64,000 nt of DNA from the human T2T-CHM13v2.0 reference genome, Homo sapiens, in the NCBI RefSeq assembly GCF_009914755.1, contig NC_060931.1; one strand, given 5' to 3'. Positions 14,608 through 28,545 of this stretch are shown here, piece by piece; positions within the stretch are counted from its first letter, which is position 1, and every line of letters begins with the position of its first letter. The position numbers were made by a program, and so were the translations under genes. The notes beneath the pieces were generated by a model. The model saw nothing but the letters and a program-made list of their open reading frames with translations, had not been told where the DNA came from and made no database searches.

Positions 14608-14870
14608 CAGAGTGTATGTATGTACTTATATAAATTTAGATAGTATAGCCTATTACATACCTAGCATTTAAGGTATAGCCTATTGCTCCTAGGCGACAAA
14701 CCTGTACAGATGTTACTGTACTGAATACTATAGGCAGTTGTAACATGGTAATGGTATTTGTGTATTTAAACTTATCTAAACATAGGAAAGATACAGTAAA
14801 CCTATGGTATTATAATCTTATGGGACCACTGTCATATATGTGATCTGCTGTTGACCGAAATTTTATTATG
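14608..14870 (-). mobile_element. Tigger3a (Golem) MITE copy A', cut by THE1
   Basis: Reverse complement of Tigger3a consensus (…ataatcttatgggaccactgtcatatatg…ttgaccgaaa). Confidence 0.88.
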
Positions 14871-15066
14871 TTGTAGTAGCTTTTAATACTGAAGATAGTT
14901 TCTGCCAGACACTGGAAAAGCATTGAAATATCTGGGATCTGCAGAAAGTCATAGTTTCTACAACATTCATGGAGATCTGAGCCTGTTTGAGAGGAACTCC
15001 TTGGAGAAGCAGAACATCATATGAAATGTCCATATGGATGGCTATTAAAACTAGACTATGGACATG
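14868..15066. repeat. Segment B, inverted copy of 16444-16632
   Basis: Alignable over ~190 bp; 14988-15033 is the exact reverse complement of 16476-16521. Confidence 0.95.
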
Positions 15067-15366
15067 TTGTATTAACATTTCAGTCAACAACAGGTCATAT
15101 GTACGACAGTGGTCTCATAAGATTGTAATACCATATGTTTACTGTATCTTTCCTATGTTTAGACATGTTTAAATACACAAATACCATTACTGTGTTACAA
15201 CTGCCTATAGTATTCAACTACAGTAATATCTGTACAGGTTTGTAGACTAGGAGCAATAGGCTATACCATAGATCCTAGGTGGGTAGTATGCTATACTATC
15301 TAGGTCTATATAAGTACACACACACTGTGATATTCACACAACAAAATTGTCTAATGATGCATCTCT
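15065..15366 (+). mobile_element. Tigger3a (Golem) MITE copy A
   Basis: tttcagtcaacaacagg...tgtacaggtttgtagactaggagcaataggctatacc. Confidence 0.88.
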
Positions 15367-15708
15367 ATTGCCAAGAGATATGCTGAGCTCTGCCTCATAT
15401 CCTAAGCATATATAGTTAAACTTCCCTTTTGAGATTTGTATATAGTCTATCTATATCCATCTTTTAGGCTAAAATGTTATAATAAAATTACATTGTACTT
15501 TAAAAAATCCCTATGTTTTTCATAAATTCTTCAAGAGCTCCTTAAATTTTATGCTAAATTTACTTATGAAAGTGGATACCAACATATTAAGTAACAATGA
15601 AAAATTTTGGACATGAGGAAGACAGACAATTTCTTTTATTTTTCTCTTTTTTTCTGTTCTATGCCTCAGTTTATATCCCTTCAAGGAAGTTAGCTTCTCT
15701 TGTCAATG

Positions 15709-15710
<2 letters not shown>

Positions 15711-15748
<38 letters not shown>
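15711..15748. repeat. (GT)n microsatellite
   Basis: Directly visible. Confidence 0.97.
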
Positions 15749-15750
<2 letters not shown>

Positions 15751-15849
15751 AATAAGTCAATGTGAGGGTGAATTAAGCTCCATAAGGGTCCTCAGTCATC
15801 ATGGAAAAAAATTGTTCTAAGACTAGGCAAGTCTTAGAACTCAACACTC

Positions 15850-16215
15850 TTTTTTTTTTTTATTATACTTTAAGTTTTAGGGTACATGTGCACATTGTGC
15901 AGGTTAGTTACATATGTATACATGTGCCATGCTGGTGCGCTGTACCCACTAACTCGTCATCTAGCATTAGGTATATCTCCCAATGCTATCCCTCCCCACT
16001 CCCCCCACCCCACAACAGTCCCCAGAGTGTGATATTCCCCTTCCTGTGTCCATGTGATCTCATTGTTCAGTTCCCACCTATGAGTGAGAATATGCGGTGT
16101 TTGGTTTTTTGTTCTTGCGATAGTTTACTGAGAATGATGATTTCCAATTGCATCCATGTCCCTACAAAGGACATGAACTCATCATTTTTATGGCTGCATA
16201 GTATTCCATGGTGTA
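15850..16215 (-). mobile_element. L1PA2-type 5'-truncated L1 (3' UTR)
   Basis: Near-consensus young L1 3' UTR with GAG allele (cccactaactcgtcatctagc) rather than the Ta ACA allele. Confidence 0.9.
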
Positions 16216-16443
16216 CTTAAGTAGAAATGTATGAAGAATATTTAGAATGATAATAAAAATAACTAAGAAATATTGAAGACTTATTATATGTCAAGACCGT
16301 TATATAAATTATTTCTCTGGATACTCTGACAACCTCTTTGGGAGGTGCTATTAATTATCACATGATAGCTATCTCTGCTGTTGGCTCCATTTTCTCCATG
16401 TCAAGTTTAGCATGACATTTTCCCTCAGTCACCCATAGCTAAG

Positions 16444-16632
16444 ATGCCCATTGTCTAGTTCTCATAGGCATCAACATGGACATTTCATATGATGTTCTGC
16501 TTCTCCAAGGAGTTCCTCTCAGACTCCGATCTCCATGTATGTTGTAGAAACTCTGACTTTCTATCAGTTCTCAGATATTTATCTGCTTTTCAAGTGTATG
16601 GCTGAGACCATCTTCAGTACCATTATACAACA
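16444..16632. repeat. Segment B', inverted copy of 14868-15066
   Basis: Manual reverse-complement alignment. Confidence 0.95.
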
Positions 16633-18767
16633 CATTTGTATTTTCTATCTTGAAAAATCAGACATAAAATTACCCAGGATCTTAACAGTGAGGTAGTATA
16701 CTCCACTTACCAAGTTTATTTTTTCTCATAGAAACAGGCAATATGCTATCGATTACCCCCATGTATAAGAACTGTCTAGATTACTGAAACACAAAGTCCT
16801 GATAATTCACCAGGATTGGCATGGAGACAGGCACAGGGAGAGCAGCTTTTTCATTTTTTTTGCATGAAAAGTGACCTTAGAGAAAACAGCACTCCTTTAT
16901 ACTCTAAGAAATAAATTTATAACTAATATTTTGGGATGAAGTGGGGTGAGATGAAAATCAAGACACGTTCGAGTGTACACTGAATTCAATGCCTCACATG
17001 AAAACAAAACACTGTCTTATTTTCCTTGTAGATGTTTCCTAATAGATAGGTTTTTGCAGTGGGCTTCAAGCAAAGAAGTGGCCACAGCTCATGTAACAGA
17101 GCTAGCGGGATGTCAAGAGTCCTTTGCAGTCTAGTAACTTTATAATTTAGTTGTTTGTAAGTTAGAAAGTATCATTTCCAAAAATTAGAATATATTAGAT
17201 TCATTCCAAAAATTGTCTCTTTGTAGAAATATATCATATGAACTCAGCCCTGTGCTGCTTATGAAGATTAATGCTTATCCTCAAACTGACAGCCAATATT
17301 CCTATCATTTTCCTCTAAGTCTATCTCTCAGGGCAAATCATAAGTAAATAAATGTCAAACTTCTCTTTCACCCACAGATAACAACTATTCTGAAAATAGC
17401 ATTTTGAATACTTATAATGATTTTATAAGTAAGCTTTTAAAATTTAGTAGTGAGAAACATAAAAGGCAAATCTAGTGTGTATGAGTTAGAAACAAAAGAT
17501 CAGATTTTTATTTTATAGCATGCTTATACATGTAGAACATGTGCATCAGACATTAAGTTTATATTTGAGACACTTTTACTTGTACCTTTGTGATAAGAAA
17601 TTTGTTTAGGAGGAGACAACACACATTGTATATTACAATGAGAAAACATCTCATCTCAAGCGATTGATTTATAAAAAGATCTTGAGCTTTGTGAAGCATC
17701 AACAAACTATACAGTATCAATCAGCTAAGAATTCTAGCCTTAGAAATAGTTCAGTTCTTCAGGGTGTAGGATAAAAATTATTGCTTATATTTTTCCTGAA
17801 GACATTTTTAAAAGATATTAACATGCATTTTATTGAGATAATACTTGAGTAAATGACAATAAGATTTTAAAATTTGAGGTTCTATTTCTGTTAAGCTGTT
17901 GGTCAATAAAATCATAGATTGAATTTTAAAGATTTATCATTCTTGACTTTGGAGTAATAAAAATTAATAAATTATGTATAAAAGAAATGTACCTTAACAT
18001 TCTATAGGAAAACCATTATAAGAAAGAAGTCATTTCAATTCTACCTATGTAAGTTTTCTCTTAATACTTAATCTTTAGATAATTTTTTTGATTTTGATTA
18101 ATATATATGCACAAAGGTATGATTGATGTTAAGCCAGAAATATCCAAAGTTTTCATATTCTTTTTATTTACCTAACATCTTTTTTCTATTCTGCAAATTA
18201 TTTTATATTTAGTTAAAAGTCTACATTTTTTGAAAATTAATTAACAGAAGAGCAATATATCATTGATATGGCAGAAATTCTTATCTGCTTAGAATCACTG
18301 TTTATCCTTCAGATAAAACAAAAATAAAAAGCAAAAAATACCAAAGTGACAAGAAAAATATTAATTTAGGCAAAAATCTATTTACATACAATAAATGAGC
18401 ATTACTTGTTTAAGCTTATGAAAGAATAAGTACTGTTTAGTGATTAGATTTAAATTTGAGGATTCTCATGTGATCCTCACGTATAGAGAACATATGCAGT
18501 CTCCTCCATACACACTTAAATAGATACACACAAATATGCATATATACATACACATTATATGCTTCATGGTCCCATCTTTGCTCTATGTCAAATTAGAAAC
18601 ATGAATATCTGTCTTCCAAAAACAATTGCAAATCTCCTGCAAGTTATTTTTATAGTCTCTCAAAAAAATGAAAGTGGCAAATTTTGCTCAAAATGTACTT
18701 CAAAAAATTTTCCTCTTTGCTCTTTCTCTTTCCAGTTTTTCCTCTTCTTTCAAACGACCAAGAAAGA

Positions 18768-19087
18768 CCATAATCAAAAAATTAAAAAAAGATAGATGTT
18801 GGTGTGGATGCATTGAACAGTGAACACTTCTACACTGCTGTTGGGAATGTAAACTAGTACAACCACTATGGAAAACAGTGTGGAGATTCCTCAGAGAACT
18901 AAAAGTAGATCTACCATTGATCCAGCAATTACACTACTGGATATCTATCTAGAGGAAAAGAAGTCATTATGCAAAAAAAAAAATACTTGCACACACATGT
19001 TTATAGCAGCACAATTCACATTTGCAAAAATGTGGAACCAAACCAAATGCCCATCAATCAACAAGTGGTTAAAGAAACTGTGATACA

Positions 19088-19127
<40 letters not shown>

Positions 19128-19498
19128 GGAATACTACTCAGCCATAAAAGGAATAAATTAATGGCATTTTCAATGACCTGAATGAGATTGGAGACTATTA
19201 TTCTAAGTGAAGTAACTCAGGAATGGAAAACCAAACATCGGATGTTCTCATAAGTGGGAACTAAGCTAGGGGATGCGAAGGCATAAGAATAACACAGTGG
19301 ACTTTGGGGACTCAGAGGGAAAGGGTGGGAAGGGGCTGAGGGATTCAAGACTACAAATAGGGTGCAGTGTACACTGCTCAGTTGATGGGTGCACCAAAAT
19401 CTCACAAATCACCACTAAAGAACTTACCTATCTAACCAAACACCATCTGTTCCCCAATAATCTATGGAAATAAGTTAAACAACAACAACAACAACAAA
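18768..19498 (+). mobile_element. L1PB1-like 3' end with internal (CA)n
   Basis: gggtgcaccaaaatctcacaaatcaccactaaagaactta; degenerate TSD tcaaacgaccaaga / tcaaatgaccatga. Confidence 0.88.
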
Positions 19499-19511
19499 AT
19501 CAAATGACCAT

Positions 19512-19640
19512 GAGTAAAATGGGGACATAATAGGACTTATGTCATAATGTCATGAAGATTTTGGAAAAGAATAAACATCAAGTGTTTGTAACAAAGCTTG
19601 ACACATGGTAAACACCTAAAACTGTTAGCAATTGATATTA
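19512..19640 (+). mobile_element. MIR SINE 3' part
   Basis: gtaaaatggggacataatagga...gcttgacacatggtaaacacc. Confidence 0.65.
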
Positions 19641-20479
19641 TTTTATGGATCAATTAAAATTTAATCCTGACTATAACAGCATGGCCTAATTTTTTTATTA
19701 TGATTAAAAACAATCTGTGATTTCACAGAAAGCACTGTGGTAAGAAAATTATTCTCTTACATAGAGATAAAATTTTTTTGAAGGCTGTCCATTTTGCTAT
19801 ATTTTGTATGTGCTGGGGCTGAATACATTAATTACTTTATATGTCTTGTTTGGTGAAGTCTCAGCTTAATTAATGTTGCATTACCAAGGTTCAGATAGGT
19901 TCATTGAATTTTCCCTTTGCTCTTAGAAGATGAGTAATAAAGTACTTTATACAGGTAGCTCTTAACAAGAGCAAAAGGGAAAGAAGAAAAATGTAAAAAT
20001 GAAGGGAGAAAAGCTGTCCCTGCACCTTGGTCTGAAGGCCTCAAGAGAGAACCATGATCTGGATTGACTCTGGGACAACACTGATTGCAGGTGGTGGCCA
20101 GTGTGGGCTCACCTCTCACTGTAGTAGCTGTTTAGCTGCTTTACCATGAAATGTGCTCCAAAACCATGGCATTCAGAAAGACTGTTACTATTACATTAGT
20201 TCGGACCTGGATAGATTTGATTATGTTCTTTCAATATTCATAAAGTAAAAGCCTTGGGCCACAGGGTAGCAAGCAAACACATTTATCAGCAACTACTTAT
20301 AAACATCCGGTGTCCCCAAGTCTTCATCTTTTCAGGGATGTTGTGCAGTGAGTGTAAAGGAGTGAGGGGGCATTGAGTATTAAATATGGATGACCTTGTT
20401 TTCCTGTTTGGATGTTCACACACTTTCTTCCCGTGCAATGGAAACACATTATTATCAAATATTTAAAAACTTATATTGA

Positions 20480-20630
20480 AGCAACATTTATTCAGTAGCT
20501 ATGCTTTTACACGTTTACCCTTTTAATTCTGATGCATTCAGTCGTCATTACTAGCAGGAAGGCATTGTTATTATCATTTAAGTGGTGTTGAAATTGAAGT
20601 TCAGGGAGGTGAAGCAACTTGCCTAAACAA
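20480..20630 (-). mobile_element. MIR SINE
   Basis: gaaattgaagttcagggaggtgaagcaacttgcc. Confidence 0.6.
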
Positions 20631-21543
20631 TCTGAGGACACTGGTCCACACTGCCCTTCAGCCTGCAAAAGAGAATCAGCACATAGAAGGTGATTACTTT
20701 ATCAATAGGTTCAGTGGGCACAGAAGACATGAATAGTCTGTTTAGTAGAATCTCTTGTGTAGACTTAAGGGCTTAACTTATGATTGCTAAATAATAACTT
20801 TTGCATAATTTCAATAGAATATATGCTTCAATTCCTAAAACTTCCTTATATATTTGACTTTTTATTTATTGGAATTACTTTAGGAAAGCTCAATATTTTA
20901 AAATGACAAATGGTACTAAAATATTTAAAGTCTCCTAGAATTTGTATTTAGAAATCACTTTTTCAAGTTCTTAAAATGCTGCTTTACATTATTTATTTTA
21001 AAATAAAAGCAATACAAAATAATTTTATAAGGTTAAAAAAAACAAATAATTTGTGTGATGAACAATAAAAATTATCTTCTATTACCTCCTCCCAAATGAC
21101 CCCAAATATTGCAAATGTTAGCATTTTGTTATGCATGCTTAGCAGAGTAAGAGCCAGCAGGTGGGATTTTGCTACATATTTCCTATTCTCAAGCATGCTT
21201 ATTCCTCCCGATAATATTTCTAAAGAGTTGTCCATAAAAATAGCCTCCATTTATTTTATTGATTAATTATATTTAAATTTTAATTGTAGATTACACTAAA
21301 AAAATCAAGCTGATATTTATTTTTGATATTTGCAGTTTTTTGTCAATACATTAAATGCAATGATGAAAAACAGATGAGAAGACTCTTTGGAAAGTCTGGG
21401 TGAATATGTATCAGGAGAAGTGCTGGGCAAAGTATATATGCTGTTAAAATTTACAGAGCTAATGTCAAATTGCCCTCTAGAAAAACATAAAAAATGTATA
21501 CTACAATCAGAAAAACATAAAAGCATCTGTTTCCAATCTACTC

Positions 21544-21934
21544 TGCCTTAGTCTGTTTTGCTGTTGGTATAACAGGATACCACAGACTGAGTAATTTATA
21601 AACAACAGAAACATTTGGCTCATGGTTCTGGAGGCTGGAAAGTCCAAGGCTAGGGCTTCACTTAGTGAGGGTCTTCTTGTGGTATCATCCCATGGTGAAA
21701 GGCAGAAGGGCACAAGAGTATCCACAAGAGAGCAAGAGGGGTTTGAATTTGCTTTTATAACAAACCCATTCTTCAGATAACTAATGCACTCCCCTGATAA
21801 TGACATTAATCCACTCACAAGGGCAGAATCATCATAATCTAGTTATCTCTTAAAGGTCTCACCTCTCAAAACTGTTGCATTGGGGATGAAATTTTCAACA
21901 CAAGATCTTTGGGAGACCTATTCAAGCCATAGCA
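21544..21934 (-). mobile_element. MSTD-like MaLR solo LTR, inside old L1ME sequence
   Basis: tgccttagtctgttttgctg...ttcaagccatagca termini. Confidence 0.85.
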
Positions 21935-23903
21935 CCCTCCAACAACAAAATGTTAATAAACACTACATACACACACATATATTTTTCAACTGGAGAATTG
22001 AAAAAAAAAGATATCTGACTTTTATTTTACATTGCTTCAATTATGCAGTGGGACATTCAGATCCTTGATGGTCATTTGCTGTTGTTACTGTTTTCTCAAA
22101 CTATCTTACGTTTTGTAAATTGTCTACTAATATTGTCTATTTCTTTATTGTGTATGTTTTTGTTTAATTAATAAAATTATCTTATTTTCTGCCATAGTTG
22201 CGAATTTTTCCCCAGACTTGTTCTTTGCTTGATTTATTTTTTTCATTCAGAATAATTTTTATTATTGCTTTTAAGCTTTCAATTAAAAAATAATTTTGGT
22301 TTCTAGAGTATTGATCAAACTTAGAAAAGTTTTCCTCACTTAAAGATTTTTAAAAGTGTAGTTAACGCATACTATGTTTTGATACTTTATGTGATTTTAG
22401 TGTGCTTTCTGTCTTGAAATTGGTAGCAGGTGTTCCCACGTGAAGCATGTTCAGTGATGTTTGCTAACTATTGACAGCTAGGCCACTATGCTGATGCCAC
22501 AGGGTCACCTGAAGCATCTGCTGGTGTCATCTCAATATGCCCAGCAGACATATTCTTCTTATCTTTTCCCCCTTCTGCCTTTCTCACGTCTTTTTGCCCT
22601 GACTGTTTTAATGAACATCTCCAAACAAAGGCAGTGAAAGACAATATTTAGTCCCTCTAAATTCCCTATTGATTAAGAAATTGATGACACTCTTCTAAAT
22701 GCCAATGATTCTCAGGACTGCTGGTTGCTATTTTTACTACTGATCGTTACTTTTTTATATCCTACTTTTAAAAAAACTTCTTGGAGAATAATGTGACTAG
22801 ATAATTTACTCTCAAAATTTACTTATCAGGATGAAAGGGAGTAATAATATAATTAAAAAGCATTGACTGATCACCAGGATAAACTGGGTTTATGATCAGC
22901 CTACCATGTGTAGTTTTAACCATTGTAATTTGATCATAATGCTGGAAGCAAGAAATGAGTTAATATCTTACATTCTAACCTAGCATGGAAAGAAGACTCA
23001 AAGTAAAAGTATTATTTCTCTTTATTTTTCCTTCTGTCCCAAACTATAGTTCACTTATCTTTTCATCTTCCTTTATCTCCACATATTGGAATTCATATAC
23101 TTCAGTTCCAAATACTGAGCTTACTGATTCAGCTATGGTATTTGTTTGTTGTTAAATAATACTTTGAAATTGGACTCAGCAACTCTATATTTGAAGTACT
23201 AAAGAGCCAATGGTGACCAGCTATTATACCATGAGGAAAAGCAACATGTTGAGCTAAGCTTTGTACTAGAATTAATTCAATTTTGGATTTGAAAGAGTCC
23301 AAGATTATCTTTAAGACCATTTTTTTTACATTAATGATTAAACAAACAAAACCTGAAACCAAGAGAAATATAAATGAGTTGCTAAAGATGACCTATTCAG
23401 TTATTTGCAAATTTGTATGATATTAAAAACACATAAAATGCATATAGAATCCAGGGAACAGTAACCTTCCACACATCTAGTAAAAGGATTTTGCTAAGTA
23501 GCACTAATTAATTGATGCTTTCCTCCTGTTTTCTCTATTCTCTAGTTTTGGAGCTTCTATAATTCAATTTTTGGTTCTCTAATTTCTATATTTCCCTTGT
23601 CTTTTTTTTTCTTCCTTTCCCTTCCTTTCCCCCTTGCCATTTTCTCCAAATCTCTACCATCCAGTAGATTTCCTTGACTTTACTTCCTATTTTTATTTAT
23701 TTTACTAGTTTTAAGTTTTTATTTCCAAGGACTTCTTTTTTATTGTTTGAATGATTATAAATAAAAATGTTTTTTAATGTGTCATATTTTCTAAGAATAT
23801 GAAAAGTTTTATTTCCAAGTTTTCTTCTTCCTCTTTTTTCTTCCATGGCATTCTGTCTTTCATTTATGAGACTTTCCTCAGATGTCTGGAAACTTTTGCT
23901 TGT

Positions 23904-24534
23904 GTAAGGGCAAATTCAAATTAAAACAAGAGACTTAATTCTCCCTGTTAAAAATAAGTAAAAAGACACCTCCACTCCGTTTGTATGTATTTTATAAAAC
24001 TTGTAATTATAAGTTCTGTCTCTTTGAAATGTATGCAAATATTTTTAAAAGCTAAATAAGCCTCTTGCCACCTTTCTGCCTCTCTTCCAACTGTAATCAT
24101 CAAGAAAGGCATCCCTATTTCCATTGGAGCTGAATTTGGGCAGACGTCCTGCTCCAAATGGCAACACTACTTCCTGTCGTGAAGACACGAGAAGCTTATT
24201 TTTCCTTTGAATAAATCATTTAGCTAACACAGATGGTCACCACAATTACCAAGTGAATTTAGGATAAACTATGTGTGACAAATGGTGCTGTCAAGTCCTC
24301 TTACTTCATGGCCAGTCATTGTTTATCCTGAGAATATGTATGCGCTGGGTCGTCTCCGATTGCCTATCTGAAAGGGTGACTATATAAAATCTATGAGCGG
24401 ATTGCCACTGATGCACATCACATTCTGACTTTATTATTCAATAATAAACTTCTTTTTTTCCCCCTCTCTTTTATCTTTGTGGAGAAGTTATCTGGGCTAG
24501 AAAAATATTTTGTTTTTAATTCTTTTTCCCCAAC
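23904..24534 (+). mobile_element. MER89-like ERV1 solo LTR
   Basis: tgtaagggcaaa...ttagctaacacagatggtcacc...aataaa...ttccccaaca. Confidence 0.75.
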
Positions 24535-24699
24535 ACTTCTGTGCTCCTATTTAGGAGTGTTGGAACAGGTTACAAGCACAAGCTCTGAGTGCCTGGTGAG
24601 GCTGGAGCGTTCTGAGCTTCCTTATTTATTTATATATTTCATGGTGAGCTGCCTGTTGAGAAACAGTTGATGCCTTTTAAAAATATATTTTCTTTAAAG

Positions 24700-25090
24700 C
24701 ATATTGTGGAAAATTTAGAATATTTCAAATTTAGGATTTGAGAATATAACTATGGGCAACACTGAAAGCTAGAAGATTCTATTAAAGATACTGTAAGCAA
24801 AACTTTTAAAAGTATGGAGGAAACTGATTTCCAACTGGAATTTTTTTGCCAGCCAAGTGAAAGTGAAAAAGGAAGGTGCTTTCAGAGATTATTAAATGTC
24901 AAAAATTTACTTCCTACGTGCTCTTTCTCCCTAAACTGTTGGAGTATATGTTTTACTCAAACAAGAGTACAAACCAGAAAATGAAAAAAGGGGAGGCAAA
25001 CACATGAGAGAAAGGGAGGGAATCCAAATGGTAATGATGGAGAATAATTGCTGTGCTCCAGGGCAGCTGGTCTAGATCAGATGGTTTAAG
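24700..25090 (+). mobile_element. HAL1/old L1 ORF1-like remnant
   Basis: aaaatttacttcctacgtgctctttctc...gagtacaaaccagaaa resembles HAL1. Confidence 0.45.
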
Positions 25091-25199
25091 GTATCACATC
25101 AGAAACCCTTCTTCTCTCCTGAATGAATGCATGGGCAGGGAGAACACTGATGATTCTGATGGGGTGTGCAGTGAAGGTTGAGTGTGGCTGAGAAATAAT

Positions 25200-25491
<292 letters not shown>

Positions 25492-28374
25492 GAGAAACAA
25501 TGTCTTTAATAAAAAATTATGTTTCTAAAACAAATGGTTTGTTATAATAAAACAAAAAAAAAGTTTCTAAAACAAATGGTTTAAATTAATCTTAGAGAAA
25601 AGGAATATGGTCGACATTTACTTTTTACTCTTTTCCTTTTTAAATTTTCCTTTAAATTCTGTACCATGTGCTTTTACTACTTATGTAAAAATGAATAATA
25701 TGCAAATATTTTCCAAAAAGGTTACTGTAAATTGTTGGGATGCCTAGATACCTACTTGCATTCAAATAAAAATCATAGGCAGATTAACAGCCACTTTTGC
25801 TTCTCACATATCATTATCAGTTTGCTATGAATTTGGCATACTTATTCAATTTTACAGATGGGCAGTTAAGGCTTAGAGATATTTAGATAACTTATTCTGG
25901 TTCAAGACTTGAATCCATGTCCTCTAACAATGGGCAATTGAACTAAATGATCACTAAGACTTTCTCCAATACATTTCAACAATATTTAAATATTCCATAA
26001 ATATGTATTAGTTATTTCATCTAAAGTTCTTTCATTTAAAGTTATGGGGCTTCATTTCCTAATCTGAAAAATAATGTCAATGTACCCAATACTTCGTGCA
26101 AAGTACAAAAAAAAAACATGGATGAAACCCCTTACACAAATCATTTAATTAATTCAGTTTATGAATATTAGCACATTATTAATTGTGCTGCTGTTCTTCC
26201 TATTTGGTGATATGAAGTCAAGTTTAATGGCTTTCTTGATCAAAAAATAGCTACAGACATAAGACAATGAATTCTTTCTGGAGCAGGTACTTAGGCTTTC
26301 AGATCCAAGATTGTGCAGGTGCTCCATATGTTATTTTTTAAAATATTAATATAATTTACAGGATTTGAAGCCAGCATTAATTAAAACAGCAGTGAGAATG
26401 AGTATGGGTCCTCAAATGTTCAATAAAAAGTAATTGTTTTGACCATGAAGTTGTATGACACCAAAAGCAGTTCCATAGATATTTGAGATTCTGACGTGAG
26501 TAAGGGTATCCTTGATTAGAATCTACCTACTCACTTTGGTGTCAGTGTTAAGAATTGATTATAATTTAGAAAAATTAAAATCTAGCATATATGTGGCTGC
26601 AAAAGTCATGAGACTAAAACAAAATTGTGAAATAACTATTCAAAAACTAGATATGGCATCTCTGACAGTGTTTAAAAATACTAGATTGAGGACTGATTCA
26701 TCTTAGCAGGGGGTGTGATGGGTTGCATTAGACATCAATAACTTTGTCATTTTTATTTACTTGAAATGCTTGCTTTTACTTTTATTCTCAAGTTGCTATA
26801 GCTTCTACTACTTTAAAAAAGACTTTTTTTTTAAATTGACATGTTTAAAATATTAAAGGCTGAATGCTATGGTGCATTTTAACCAAGTTATATGGAACTT
26901 AACTTATTGTTTCTTCAAATAAAACCTTCCATTTACCTATATTAGATTGTAATTATTTTTTAAATGATTCTGAGTTTCTACATTTACTTATGCACATTGC
27001 TTTAACAACCAAAAAGTTAAAATGTCTTAATTTACAATAAAGTAAAACTAAAATAAACTAATCAGTTATTTAATTCTTCATGGTATGTACCTACCTAATA
27101 TTTACATATTAATTAGGTCATAGGTGGGTGGCATTAACCATAAAGATTACATTTTATTTAAAAGAAGTTACTATAATATTGAATTGGAATAAAAAGAGAT
27201 AGATAGGTAGATATTACATCCATATAAATGATGTGGATAAAGTCTGTTTGGATTTATAGTAAAAAATATCATTACTTTAAATTTCTCTTTGGTCAGCATG
27301 TGCAGGTTAAAATGGAGTCTATTCAATTTTTCAATAAAATAAAACAGTAACCAGCAGAAACCTGAGTTTAAATATTTCAATTTGTCACTCATAGAAAGAT
27401 GCTTATGTGAGTGATATAGAAAACATATATAATCAGCATCTTCCTGTAAAAATGCTGTGATTATACTTTAATGCTTAATATAAATATGTTGGCACATGCA
27501 TCATAAAGTACATTATGTCATTTTAAAAACAGATTGTAACTATTTTAAAAATAATAAATCTTCTTGCCCCTCTCTCTTTTCCAGATAGAGTACGAAAGAT
27601 ATAATTTGAAGAGAGGAAACACAGTAACACTGCATTTTTATATAAAATATGATACCTTTTGATTGGAAAAATAACCAGCCAAAAATAAAAAGAAAACAAT
27701 TCATGTATCTCAAAAATAAAAGTAAGTTTCTTGGAGTTAAAGAAAAGTTCCTGTGGGTAAAATTTTCCATTGAGTAATGTAAAAAAAAATCTGGCCTTAT
27801 ATCCCTACATCCTGTTATATCTTTATCCTGACATTTCACTATTTAAATTGCCTTTGCATTCAGAAATATTGAGCAAACATTGCTGACACTGCAGAGTTTA
27901 TCTGTGTATGGCATTCATTATAGCAGCCCAATTTGTTCCCTTGCTTCAATAATGAAGTTTGCTGTGGTCAGTGGAATCAGACTGATTGGTTTACTGGAGA
28001 GACAACTATGTTTGGCAAGTTGTACATGTAGCTGGACAATGTTACTGAGAAATTGGTCAGCACCAGATAGGAATGTACCAGTTTAAATTACTAAGACACA
28101 CATATGATTTCTTAAGAAAAAATTAAGATTATAGTGAAGGATTTTGGAGATGATTTGTTCTCAGCCCAAAGAAGAAGAGAAGAAAATAAGAAGGCAAAGG
28201 AAAAGGAGCAGGAGGGGGAAAAAAAACAGTAACAAAATAACTATGGAATTTACCATTGACTGCCTGAATACAAATTATATACTGATAACAATTAAATCTG
28301 TATTCATCACTCTGCAAAACATGCTCAGCTATTCCGGTAAGCAATGATAACTTTCCTCTTCTGAATTCTTCTAG

Positions 28375-28545
28375 GGTAGTGGTTCTCAAAGTGTAGTCCT
28401 TAGATTAGCACATTAACATCATCTGGGAAATTATTAAAAATGGAAAGTGTTGGGCTCTGCCTTAGACTTACTTCCAGATACTCTGGGGTGGGCGTCATAA
28501 TCTGTGTTCTGTCAAGCATGCTCAAGTTTAAAGATCACTGCTGTA
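28375..28545. mobile_element. MER5A/MER5A1 hAT-Charlie MITE
   Basis: agtggttctcaaagtgtagtcc...aagtttaaagatcactg. Confidence 0.8.
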
